Shown here piece by piece: positions 31,520 through 40,116 of a stretch of DNA of 64,000 bases. Each line of letters opens with the position of its first letter. Position 1 is the stretch's first letter. Below the pieces are notes generated by a model, which was not told where the DNA came from, did not search any database, and worked only from the letters and a program-made list of their open reading frames with translations. The DNA is from a virus: IMG/VR virus record IMGVR_UViG_3300025876_000006, positions 1 through 64,000 of that record, one strand, 5' to 3'. The translations under genes were made by a program, and so were the position numbers.

Positions 31520-31609
31520 ATGGAAGAATGGATAATTGATACGACAATCGCGTTTAGTATTATAATTGTAATATACACATTATTAATAACAATATCAGAA
31601 ATATTTTAA
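31520..31609 (+). CDS. 29-aa single-TM peptide downstream of endolysin
   Basis: Translates to MEEWIIDTTIAFSIIIVIYTLLITISEIF. Confidence 0.3.
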   Translation: MEEWIIDTTIAFSIIIVIYTLLITISEIF

Positions 31610-31610
31610 T

Positions 31611-32009
31611 ATGAATAAAGACGAAATAATAATAGAAAAATGGGAATCCTTTACAGAATTCCGTGGGCAACTTTTAAAAGTTAATTTGAAAAAAATGGCT
31701 GAAGATTATGAACGCCCCGATATCTTAGAAATGGATGAAGAAGACTTAAATGAATTTATATCCGACTCTGATCTTATCTGCGACTGCAAAGATACTGATT
31801 ATTTTGAAACTTATCTTGCCGTTGTAAATCAAAGTGATCCTGATTTAGAAACCAATATATTTACAAATAATAAAGAAGCTCTTGATGGAATTTCATGGCG
31901 AGGTTTTTATAGAGGAGATCCTGATGATTGGCAAGAAATGGATTGGAATGAGAAATCAAAAAGAATAGAAGCTCTTGAAAAAGAACTAAAAGAATTAAAG
32001 GGCGAGTAA
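31611..32009 (+). CDS. hypothetical acidic protein
   Basis: ORF only. Confidence 0.55.
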   Translation: MNKDEIIIEKWESFTEFRGQLLKVNLKKMAEDYERPDILEMDEEDLNEFISDSDLICDCKDTDYFETYLAVVNQSDPDLETNIFTNNKEALDGISWRGFYRGDPDDWQEMDWNEKSKRIEALEKELKELKGE

Positions 32010-32013
32010 TATT

Positions 32014-32256
32014 ATGATGCCAACAGATATAGACCTAATTGAAAATGAAAAGATTGGTGCCTTTTGGAATATGCTGCAAGATGTTTTATCAGAATGCAGT
32101 AATGACGAAAGCATCGATCCATTCACGCAGATGGATACACTCCCAGAAGAAGCTTATATGCTAGCATGTATGCCTTTAAACGAAGTGGTAAGATTTCTAG
32201 TAGAAAGAAACTTTGAGATTAATATCTCATATAATAAAACAAAACAAAACAAATAA
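32014..32256 (+). CDS. hypothetical protein
   Basis: ORF only. Confidence 0.5.
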   Translation: MMPTDIDLIENEKIGAFWNMLQDVLSECSNDESIDPFTQMDTLPEEAYMLACMPLNEVVRFLVERNFEINISYNKTKQNK

Positions 32257-32259
32257 ATT

Positions 32260-32607
32260 ATGAACAACGAAACAAGTGAATCCTTATTGGAGGAATATGA
32301 TGGGTGTAAAGAACTAATGGAATCTCGTGAAACTACTGTTATAGTAGAAAGAACAGAAACCGCTCACCTTTGCACAACATGGAGAACTGAAATTAACCTT
32401 GATGATGTTAGAACTAACAACGGAATTTCATATGAAGATATGAGTAATGTTGAACTTGCCGAAGCAATTAAAGATTGCCCTGGCGATTATATTGAAGAGC
32501 TCTGGGATGGCGATATTGTTTATGACAAAAGAAAAGAGTTTGGTACTGATGATGACGTCACATTTGAATCAGATCTTGATTGGCTTAGCGAAAACGGATT
32601 AGACTAA
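32260..32607 (+). CDS. hypothetical acidic protein
   Basis: ORF only. Confidence 0.55.
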   Translation: MNNETSESLLEEYDGCKELMESRETTVIVERTETAHLCTTWRTEINLDDVRTNNGISYEDMSNVELAEAIKDCPGDYIEELWDGDIVYDKRKEFGTDDDVTFESDLDWLSENGLD

Positions 32608-32608
32608 T

Positions 32609-32824
32609 ATGAAACTACAACTACTAATAAACTTTGTTTTTCTTGTGTGCTTGGTTACATCTATTGCTATATGTTTGGATTTGAAAAGAACTCAAATTCG
32701 AATGATTTACGCTTTGGATAACACCTTAAAAATACACAACAATTATTCAGATAAGAAAGCCGAAGTCTTAAAAAGGATTGAAGACCTTGTTATTGAAGAA
32801 GAAAATGTCAATATATCATTTTAA
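32609..32824 (+). CDS. single-TM membrane protein
   Basis: TM segment LLINFVFLVCLVTSIAICL. Confidence 0.5.
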   Translation: MKLQLLINFVFLVCLVTSIAICLDLKRTQIRMIYALDNTLKIHNNYSDKKAEVLKRIEDLVIEEENVNISF

Positions 32825-32837
32825 GGTTATTTTATCC

Positions 32838-32866
32838 TTTACATATACTTCATTTTAGATTATAAT
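32838..32866 (+). promoter_or_regulatory. sigma70-type promoter TTTACA-17-TATAAT
   Basis: TTTACA at 32838-32843, TATAAT at 32861-32866. Confidence 0.6.
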
Positions 32867-32887
32867 TATATTATACAAAATAACATT

Positions 32888-34090
32888 ATGGCAAAAACAT
32901 CACAACGACTATTTAATAAACGCGGCCGAATAATTGCACTAGATACAAAGTATACTGGTGACGAACCCGAATGGGGCGATGCATCTGAAATTGACCTTAA
33001 AGAATATAATAAACGGCTCGATCGTGGGTTAAGGTTTTATGGTTATTATTGTGATTCTAAAACAATGAAGCCGTGGGTTCTTGATTGGATGCCATCTAAT
33101 GGTTTTACCAAAGAGCAAGTTGATATTATTAAAGTGGCTCCGCCGTCCTATGTCAATGGTACGGTTGGTAAACTCATTCGTATGTTGAATATGGGAATGC
33201 CTAATAAGAGAAACATTAAGAGCTGGATTAAATCAGAGTTAAATGATTCGCTTTATGAAATTAATCGAATGATGAACGATCCAAAGCGAATCTTTGATGA
33301 AGAAGCAAAGGTAGATATTCCTAAAGTAAAACCGATATCACCTCTAAAGCGTGTAGAGAATAAAATAAATGAAGATATTATTGTTCCTCTTGAGATGCTT
33401 TTAGATGATATCATTAGTATCAAACCAGATACTGCTCCTGCAAAAATTCCAAATATGGATATTGGTAGATTACTTCGTAGTAATAATGCTGCTGGTAATG
33501 GAATTAAATATGTTGTTGAATGGATTAATAAACATCTCGATGAGTTTAACGAAGCGTATAACAAAACCGATGAATATGTTGTTGAAGGTTATTCTTGGTT
33601 ACGTCGTCCTCAACTAAATAGGATTATAAAGAACTTTGAAAAAATGCTGGATGATACTAAGATTTATTCACGAAGCAAAGTTAAGACTCGTAAACCTCGA
33701 GTTAAAAAACCAAAGGCTGTTGATAAACAAATTACTAGACTTAAGTATGCTGCTGCATCAAGCGAATATCAACTAACAAGCGTTGATCCAACGAGCTTAC
33801 CATTTTCACAGAGAGCTTACTTCTTTAATACTAAGAATCGCCAACTGTCAATTTATTATGCTAGTGGTAATGCTGGGTTTGAAGTAAAAGGAACTTCTCT
33901 AAAAGGTTTTGATGAAGAACGAAGCATTATAACAACTCTTAGAAAGCCTATGGAATTTCTACCGATATTATTATCAGCCACTCCTAAAAAGATCGATAAG
34001 GTCTTAGAAACACTTAAAACAAAACCCCGTAAAGGGAATGGCAGAATAAACGCAAACATGATTATACTACGAACACTTGATACTAAATGA
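32888..34090 (+). CDS. 400-aa protein of unknown function heading the gp33-gp59-gp32 block
   Basis: Promoter-proximal. Basic patch KVKTRKPRVKKPK. No family recognised. Confidence 0.6.
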   Translation: MAKTSQRLFNKRGRIIALDTKYTGDEPEWGDASEIDLKEYNKRLDRGLRFYGYYCDSKTMKPWVLDWMPSNGFTKEQVDIIKVAPPSYVNGTVGKLIRMLNMGMPNKRNIKSWIKSELNDSLYEINRMMNDPKRIFDEEAKVDIPKVKPISPLKRVENKINEDIIVPLEMLLDDIISIKPDTAPAKIPNMDIGRLLRSNNAAGNGIKYVVEWINKHLDEFNEAYNKTDEYVVEGYSWLRRPQLNRIIKNFEKMLDDTKIYSRSKVKTRKPRVKKPKAVDKQITRLKYAAASSEYQLTSVDPTSLPFSQRAYFFNTKNRQLSIYYASGNAGFEVKGTSLKGFDEERSIITTLRKPMEFLPILLSATPKKIDKVLETLKTKPRKGNGRINANMIILRTLDTK

Positions 34091-34338
34091 AAAAAACCGA
34101 CATTAAAAAAACAATAGGATTAGCAATAACAAAGGAAGAATTAATTTTAAAAACAGAAAGGCTAGTATTAAAAGATAAGATCGAATATGCTCACGCCGTG
34201 TGCCAGATTTGTTTAGAACTAGAACTTGACCCAGAAGATGTTGCAAAATTAATTGAAGGCCCATTGAAAACGAAACTAAAAGTTGAAGCTCAGAAAAATA
34301 ATGTTTTACCTAGATCTAATACAGCCACACTTGAATAA
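34087..34338 (+). CDS. gp33: late promoter transcription accessory protein (T4 gp33-like)
   Basis: C-terminal IEGPLKTKLKVEAQKNNVLPRSNTATLE parallels T4 gp33 IPSGIIEKIQSEAIDENLLRPS...NTLDFLL. Sits next to gp59/gp32 as in T4. Confidence 0.6.
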   Translation: MKKTDIKKTIGLAITKEELILKTERLVLKDKIEYAHAVCQICLELELDPEDVAKLIEGPLKTKLKVEAQKNNVLPRSNTATLE

Positions 34339-34496
34339 TGAAAGACTGCACAATTGAAGTAAAATATATTAATCTTGATTTAATAGAATACGTTAGTATT
34401 AAAAGTAATAATATTAAATGGTCTATGGATCAATATCAAAGGAACCGTGAGCCACTTAAATGGGCGGTAATTAAAGAAGAACCATTAAATGATTAA
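34338..34496 (+). CDS. 52-aa hypothetical protein
   Basis: TAATG-coupled and below the track cutoff. Confidence 0.35.
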   Translation: MKDCTIEVKYINLDLIEYVSIKSNNIKWSMDQYQRNREPLKWAVIKEEPLND

Positions 34497-35133
34497 CTTA
34501 AGTATAGATACTAGCACTTCACCGATGGATGCGTGGAGTACAGTGACTGCAATGTCGCTGCATTTTAATTCTGAAAGAGATTATGATGCATTTAAATTTA
34601 GTTTTAAAGGTCCTCGATGTAAAAGAGAAACCTTTGAACAAAACAAAAACCGCTTTCAATTTGAAAAGTTGGCAAGGAAATATCCATATAGAAACGATAT
34701 TATTCTATACTCATTAGCTAACCTTTTAAGTGGAGAAAAATGGATTGGCAACTTTACAGATGTCGCATATGATAGGTGGAAAGCCAAAATGCAAAACGTC
34801 GAATACACTTATAAAGAAGAGATGAAAACTCTAATTGAGCAATCTCCATATAAAACTTTTGATGAGATGATATTACCGAAAGACTTAACTGATGTTCCTT
34901 ATATATATAAAATGGTGCAAGGTGGTAATGTATCAATTGAGACTATAACTATTCTTAATATCATTTCATCTTATACATCAGATCTTCAGTCTAAGTTAAC
35001 GGACCCTCTGGGAATATCTTCTGAACTTACTTTTAAGGTTAGGAAATATACTCCTTTTCTTAGACCGATGATAGACATTAATAAGTATGCAGAAATAACT
35101 AGAACTTTATGGTTTACATCTGTAGAAAATTAG
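34489..35133 (+). CDS. gp59: helicase loading protein (T4 gp59-like)
   Basis: YDAFKFSFKG..ETFEQNKNRFQFEKLARKY...LANLLSGEKWIGNF aligns with T4 gp59 YDVIKYNW...AAYQKRRDKYFFQKLSEKY...SNLVANQDAWIGDI. 214 aa versus 217 aa. Confidence 0.8.
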   Translation: MINLSIDTSTSPMDAWSTVTAMSLHFNSERDYDAFKFSFKGPRCKRETFEQNKNRFQFEKLARKYPYRNDIILYSLANLLSGEKWIGNFTDVAYDRWKAKMQNVEYTYKEEMKTLIEQSPYKTFDEMILPKDLTDVPYIYKMVQGGNVSIETITILNIISSYTSDLQSKLTDPLGISSELTFKVRKYTPFLRPMIDINKYAEITRTLWFTSVEN

Positions 35134-35141
35134 TGTATAAT
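35113..35141 (+). promoter_or_regulatory. sigma70-type promoter TTTACA-17-TATAAT inside the 3' end of gp59, serving gp32
   Basis: TTTACA at 35113-35118, TATAAT at 35136-35141. Confidence 0.55.
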
Positions 35142-35189
35142 AATACAACGAAACAAACAAACAATACAACGCAATACAAATAAAATAAT

Positions 35190-36092
35190 ATGTCATTTGA
35201 TAAACTAAAAGCAAATCGGTCAGCCGCAATTGGGAAACTAGTCGCAGAAGCTGAAAAGGTCGGAGGTAAATCCACTAAATCTTACGGCGATGATCGTGAG
35301 TGGAAACCTACCGTGGATAAAGCAGGTAACGGTTATGCCATCATTCGTTTTCTTCCAGTAAAAGATGGAGACGATTTGCCATGGGTTCGTTATTGGGATC
35401 ATGGATTCCAAGGGCCAACAGGCAGGTGGTACATTGAGAAATCACTCACATCAATTGGTAAAGATGATCCAGTATCTGAGATTAATAGCCGACTGTGGAA
35501 TACAGGTAATGAAGCTGACAAAGATGTCGCTCGTTCACGTAAACGCCGTCTACATTATGTCTCAAATATCTTGGTGGTATCTGATCCAGCTAACCCAGAC
35601 AATGAAGGAAAGACTTTCCTTTACAAGTATGGTAAGAAGATCTTTGATAAAATTATGGATGTTATGCAGCCACAATTTCAAGATGAGAAAGCAGTTAACC
35701 CATTTGATTTTTGGGAAGGCGCTAACTTTAAGTTGAAGATCCGCACCGAACAATGGAGGAACTATGATAAGTCAGAATTTGACGGTTGTACTCCTCTCTT
35801 TGATAACGATGAAGATCGCCTTCGCGAAATTTATGATGGACTATACAGTCTATCTGAATTCACCGATGAATCTTCATATAAGTCATACGACGATCTAAAG
35901 CGCAAGCTGATTGAAGTTCTTGGTGCTGAAGAAGTTAATGGTGTACAGGTTCTCACTGAGCCTTCTGCTCCAACTTCTCCAAAGGTTCAATCAGAACCAG
36001 AAGTTACTACTGAAGAAGTATCATCAGACGTTAGCGATGACGATGATGACGACGATTCACTTAGTTACTTTGCTCAATTGGCCAAAAGCTAA
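35190..36092 (+). CDS. gp32: single-stranded DNA-binding protein (T4 gp32-like)
   Basis: DKAGNGYAIIRFLP, DHGFQG..GRWYIE, NILVVSDPANPDNEGK.F.YKYGKKIFDKI and WEGANFKLKI align with T4 gp32. Acidic tail DDDDDDDS. Confidence 0.9.
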   Translation: MSFDKLKANRSAAIGKLVAEAEKVGGKSTKSYGDDREWKPTVDKAGNGYAIIRFLPVKDGDDLPWVRYWDHGFQGPTGRWYIEKSLTSIGKDDPVSEINSRLWNTGNEADKDVARSRKRRLHYVSNILVVSDPANPDNEGKTFLYKYGKKIFDKIMDVMQPQFQDEKAVNPFDFWEGANFKLKIRTEQWRNYDKSEFDGCTPLFDNDEDRLREIYDGLYSLSEFTDESSYKSYDDLKRKLIEVLGAEEVNGVQVLTEPSAPTSPKVQSEPEVTTEEVSSDVSDDDDDDDSLSYFAQLAKS

Positions 36093-36108
36093 TTTAAAAC
36101 TAATTACA

Positions 36109-36150
36109 ATATCGCCATCTGGTTTAATTACTAGATGGCGATATTTTTTA
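36109..36150. terminator. bidirectional terminator hairpin between convergent gp32 and tape-measure genes
   Basis: 12-bp stem ATATCGCCATCT/AGATGGCGATAT, 12-nt loop, followed by TTTTTA. Confidence 0.75.
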
Positions 36151-38598
36151 TAAAGACATAGCAGACCCAGCCAGAACATTATCAGTGGATTCGGCGATAG
36201 TGTTCTGCGTGGATTGTGAACTATTATTAGTTACGTTCCCTCCGTTATTATTAACAACATTAATAACTGGAGCTGCATTCATTGCGCCAGTTTCTGATAA
36301 CGCTTCTCCAACATTATCAACCTTTGAGGGCTTTTCCATTTGATCAGGGCTAAGCTGGTTTGATGTATTAGGTTCGTTTAATAATAAATTAAGTTGCTCT
36401 CTTTTTTGTTTTAATTCTAGCCCAGCCTCATTTGACTTTCGTTGAGCTTCATCTGATTGTTGTCCAAGAGTATCTACCTTTTCGTCATTAACAAAGAAAT
36501 CATCCATTTCATCTGTTTGCTGTTTAGTTAGTTCAACAGATTGTTTTTGGAATTTTTGTTTGTCAGCTTCTAATTTTGCTATTTCTTCAGCCAATCGTTT
36601 TGCTTCGGGATTACCGCTTTCTTCTGCCGCTTTCTTATCAGATGCTACCTTTTTTGATCCTCTAGCTGCAACGCTTTCAGCTGCAGATGGTTTTGAACCC
36701 CAAACAAATTCAAGTAAAGAATCAGGCATTACCTTAAGCATTAAGGTTTCCTTACTAAACGTATCATACTTTTTATTAGGATCAGGAACTACATTTTTAA
36801 GTACTTCTCTTTGTATATTTTCAAGAGCACCATCACCAGATATAGCGCCTGAAATTAAACCAACAGGTGACATAGCAAAGAATTTTTTAACGCCATCAAC
36901 AATGAAATCCCAGACGGTTTTTACTAAAGATGTAACCCCGTTCTTTAAAAATCCTTTTATAGATGATCCAACAGATTTTATTTCTTCTCCGATATTTGAA
37001 AAGAACGAACCAATCGCGTTAAAACTATTCATTATACTTTCTCCAATAGATACAAAGAACGAACTAATCGCGTTAAAACCATCCAGTATTTCTTTGATAA
37101 TAGGTTCAAAGAACAAGCCGATTTTTTCTAAACCACCCATTATACTATCTCCAATAGATACAAAGAATCCGCCAACTCTTTTCATGTTTTCTGAGAAGTC
37201 TGAAAAGAAATCTATGATGAGTTTGGCAGGCATAGCAATAGCGTCAATTATCACACCAATATATTTGTTAATATCAAAGTCATATAACATTTCCTTGAAA
37301 TTATCAAATCCTAATAAACCACCGAGCCAGCCAATACCGTCTATCACTAGATTAATAAGTCCGCCAAAGACACCTTCAATCGCACCCTTAATAAATCCAA
37401 TAAGTCCTCCGGCGATTTTTTGAATAATATTACCTTCAGTTTCGGTAAAACCTTTAAAGGCGCCCATGACTCCAAAAACAAGACCTTCAATAATCATTAT
37501 AACTTGGCCTATAATCGGAATACTTTTGGCTAGAGTTGCTCCAATTTTAATACCTATTTTAAAAAACTTAGAGATAGCACTGAAGAATTTTGAAATTTTT
37601 CCGCCTGACCCAAGCCCTTTAATGAAATTGAATACGGGTTTTATAAAGTCAAACGCTTTGCTGAAAGTAGAAGCAGCAGAGCGAAAAGCTTTTCCAATAG
37701 CGCTAAAGAAATTCTTGACTGGTTCGAAAATTTTAAGAATTGATTTTACAATTTTAAATGATTTTATTTTTCTAATCACTTCGCCAACAAAGCCAACAAT
37801 CACTCCACCTATTAAAGATAAAGAACCTAATATATTAGTAAGCCATCCGTTATCTTTAATAAATTCTTTAACCATCTTGCCTGAACTTTGTCCTTTTTTA
37901 GCGGCTTCGGCTTCGGATTCTTTTTTATTTAAAGCCAATTTCCTAGCCATCATTTTTTCAAAACTAAAACTGTCGCTCTCAGTCTTATTAGCTTTTTTAG
38001 TTAGTAAAGATATTGATTTTAGCTCTTCTGCATTTGCATTTAAAAGCCCGTTGCCTTCGGCTATCTTTTTTAGAACTTTAAGGCCTCTGTCCTGTGCAAC
38101 AGGATCTAGTAATTTGGGCGCATTAAATAAAGAAGCCCTATCAGTAAACATTTTAGGTAGCGGCGCAGGCTTAACTATAGTTTCTTTATCATCATTATTA
38201 ACTATAGTTTCTTTATCATTATTAACTATAGTTTCTTTAATTATTGAGGGTTGGTTAACAACCTTTGATAAATTATCTATAGACCCTTGGAATTCTTCAC
38301 TTTGTTCTTTAATAGCGGCTATAGAACTTTTAGATGATGCCGATAAATCCTTTTGTAAATCCTTGATAGCATCAACATTTTTTTGATTATCACTAGCAAT
38401 GAACTCAAGTAATTTATTACCACTACTTAATAATGTATTTGTTTCAATTTTATTGGCAACACTTTTCTTTAAAGTTGCTATACCAATACCCTTTAATTCA
38501 TTAAGCCCACTTATAAATTCTTTCTGTAAAGAAGCAATTATAGGGCCTATAATAGAATTATTATTAGTATTATTATTAGTATTACTTGGCGTTTCCAT
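36148..38598 (-). CDS. tail tape measure / length-determining hub protein (T4 gp29-like role)
   Basis: 816 aa. N-terminal coiled-coil region, central Gly/Ile/Phe-rich repeated membrane-like segments (FFVSIGDSIMGG / FFVSIGESIMNS), C-terminal coiled coil. Located next to baseplate hub genes. Confidence 0.6.
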   Translation of the reverse strand: METPSNTNNNTNNNSIIGPIIASLQKEFISGLNELKGIGIATLKKSVANKIETNTLLSSGNKLLEFIASDNQKNVDAIKDLQKDLSASSKSSIAAIKEQSEEFQGSIDNLSKVVNQPSIIKETIVNNDKETIVNNDDKETIVKPAPLPKMFTDRASLFNAPKLLDPVAQDRGLKVLKKIAEGNGLLNANAEELKSISLLTKKANKTESDSFSFEKMMARKLALNKKESEAEAAKKGQSSGKMVKEFIKDNGWLTNILGSLSLIGGVIVGFVGEVIRKIKSFKIVKSILKIFEPVKNFFSAIGKAFRSAASTFSKAFDFIKPVFNFIKGLGSGGKISKFFSAISKFFKIGIKIGATLAKSIPIIGQVIMIIEGLVFGVMGAFKGFTETEGNIIQKIAGGLIGFIKGAIEGVFGGLINLVIDGIGWLGGLLGFDNFKEMLYDFDINKYIGVIIDAIAMPAKLIIDFFSDFSENMKRVGGFFVSIGDSIMGGLEKIGLFFEPIIKEILDGFNAISSFFVSIGESIMNSFNAIGSFFSNIGEEIKSVGSSIKGFLKNGVTSLVKTVWDFIVDGVKKFFAMSPVGLISGAISGDGALENIQREVLKNVVPDPNKKYDTFSKETLMLKVMPDSLLEFVWGSKPSAAESVAARGSKKVASDKKAAEESGNPEAKRLAEEIAKLEADKQKFQKQSVELTKQQTDEMDDFFVNDEKVDTLGQQSDEAQRKSNEAGLELKQKREQLNLLLNEPNTSNQLSPDQMEKPSKVDNVGEALSETGAMNAAPVINVVNNNGGNVTNNSSQSTQNTIAESTDNVLAGSAMSL
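38171..38241 (-). repeat. imperfect 24-27-nt tandem repeat (about 3 units) inside the tape-measure gene
   Basis: ttaactatagtttctttatcat... repeated. Encodes KETIVNND repeats. Confidence 0.85.
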
Positions 38599-38606
38599 CT
38601 ATATTA

Positions 38607-38614
38607 TATTTATA
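38607..38614 (-). promoter_or_regulatory. T4-type late promoter motif TATAAATA (minus strand)
   Basis: Forward-strand TATTTATA 9 nt upstream of the tape-measure start. Confidence 0.5.
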
Positions 38615-38623
38615 TAGATATCT

Positions 38624-38746
38624 TTATTGATTTTTCTGCTTTTCGTTCTCTTCTTTTATCCATTCAAGTAATAAGGAAATATAAATTTCCCTCTCCCATG
38701 GCATCATATTCTCAAGTTCTGTTAAACTATATTTATGATGTTGCAT
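38624..38746 (-). CDS. 40-aa hypothetical protein
   Basis: Below the track cutoff. Translates to MQHHKYSLTELENMMPWEREIYISLLLEWIKEENEKQKNQ. Confidence 0.3.
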   Translation of the reverse strand: MQHHKYSLTELENMMPWEREIYISLLLEWIKEENEKQKNQ

Positions 38747-38799
38747 TAAAGCAAAGTTGGTCTTATAATAATTAAACAAAGACTCATGAGAGAGGCATA

Positions 38800-39498
38800 C
38801 TAGAAAAAACTCTCTGCGCCTGAAAGAACATATGTATTATCTTTTTTACACTTAACGCATTTAAATTGTATTTCCTTTTCAAGCTTTGGCGCGCATTCAA
38901 TAATTTCTTCGATCTTGCTCATTTGCTCTCGATTAAGACTATTGATAAATTCGTCTAAATCCTCTTTACTTGTTTGCGAAATTGGATATACTTCATTCTC
39001 ATCAAAAATGCTTTCAATTACGCTTCTAATATAAAATGAAAACATATCATTAACATCATCTCCAACATCTACGCCTAAAGAGGCGGCTGAAATATAACGT
39101 GGGATAATACCAATTTTATCTGTTAGCATTACCTTATCAGGCAACGGCTCTTTTTTATTAACTTCTATTTCATCTAAGTTAATTTCAATTTCGTTAGATG
39201 CTTCACAATGTTTGCATTTGACAGAAACTTCTGCGACTTCGCCAACGCTCTTTGCTCTTAACTTAAGGAAAATATATTCAACGTCGAAGTTTGTCAGATC
39301 ATTAAAATTAATATTTCCAAATGTACAAGACCCAATAACGTCATTAATTGCCTTTGTAATTTCTGAAGTCTTTTTAGATTCCTGAGCTAGTAATAATAGC
39401 TTTTCTTCTTTAACTAAGAAAGGCCTAAATTCTATTTTTTTACCATTTGACGGAATGGTAAGAGAATATTTTGGAGTAGTTATTTTTGGTAAGTTCAT
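38800..39498 (-). CDS. baseplate hub subunit (T4 gp26-like)
   Basis: N-terminal LPKITTPKYSLTIPSNGKKIEFRPFLVKEEKLLLLA and CxxC...CxxC pairs resemble gp26-type hub proteins of distant T4-like phages, as I recall them. Confidence 0.5.
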   Translation of the reverse strand: MNLPKITTPKYSLTIPSNGKKIEFRPFLVKEEKLLLLAQESKKTSEITKAINDVIGSCTFGNINFNDLTNFDVEYIFLKLRAKSVGEVAEVSVKCKHCEASNEIEINLDEIEVNKKEPLPDKVMLTDKIGIIPRYISAASLGVDVGDDVNDMFSFYIRSVIESIFDENEVYPISQTSKEDLDEFINSLNREQMSKIEEIIECAPKLEKEIQFKCVKCKKDNTYVLSGAESFF

Positions 39499-39516
39499 AT
39501 AATTTATATATAAAGC

Positions 39517-40107
39517 TTAATTACCGCCTTTATCATGATCCCACGCTAATTTATTAACTTCAGAATAGCGCTTTTCATCCCATATGCGAATATCATTATA
39601 TGCAAATTCAACTCCGAACTTTGTTAAGTCTGCTGAAGTTTGAGAATATGAAATTCCTCTAATTGTTTTTGGGAATACTTTATCTAGTTCTAACACATAT
39701 GATTTCTTATCTTCCATATCGGTTTGAATAATATGAAGATTACATTTAAACTCTTTTTCATATTTCATTAAGTATGATTCAGAATCTACTACAAGATTTA
39801 TCCAACTATCAAATACGCGCTTAGGCATCATATCGGCTGTCATATTAAACTCAACCGAAAATCCTTCATTAACATATCCCGTTGGAACTTCAGATGTATG
39901 TCTAAACAAGTCATACCCAAAGGTTTGCAGTTGTCTCCCAGGCATAGATGCAGAATCAACTAAATAAGAAAGCTCTCTAAGATCCTCTGTTGTTGCATCT
40001 AATTTACTACTTAAAGTCGCCATTCCTGAAAAATCAAGTTTAAATCGATTAGCAAGCGCAGGACCTCTTTTATTAAAGATAGATTTTAATTTATTAATTG
40101 AAGCCAT
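39517..40107 (-). CDS. tail-tube-family baseplate protein (gp19/gp48/gp54-like)
   Basis: N-terminal GPALANRFKLDF resembles the ARPN(L/R)F.V.I signature of the T4 gp19 tube family. Confidence 0.45.
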   Translation of the reverse strand: MASINKLKSIFNKRGPALANRFKLDFSGMATLSSKLDATTEDLRELSYLVDSASMPGRQLQTFGYDLFRHTSEVPTGYVNEGFSVEFNMTADMMPKRVFDSWINLVVDSESYLMKYEKEFKCNLHIIQTDMEDKKSYVLELDKVFPKTIRGISYSQTSADLTKFGVEFAYNDIRIWDEKRYSEVNKLAWDHDKGGN

Positions 40108-40116
40108 ATTATTTTA

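Noticed and set aside
35365-36153. Alternative-frame ORFs inside gp32 (35365-35736, 35562-35753(-), 35911-36153)
   Set aside because: The gp32 frame aligns convincingly with T4 gp32 along its length, so these are frame shadows.
36560-38617. Long plus-strand ORFs (36560-37423, 37466-38386, 38399-38617) opposite the tape-measure gene
   Set aside because: Their products are low-complexity S/P/I/F-rich mirror images of the repetitive minus-strand gene. The minus-strand ORF is continuous (816 aa), has a late promoter and terminator, and fits the synteny. These are shadow ORFs.
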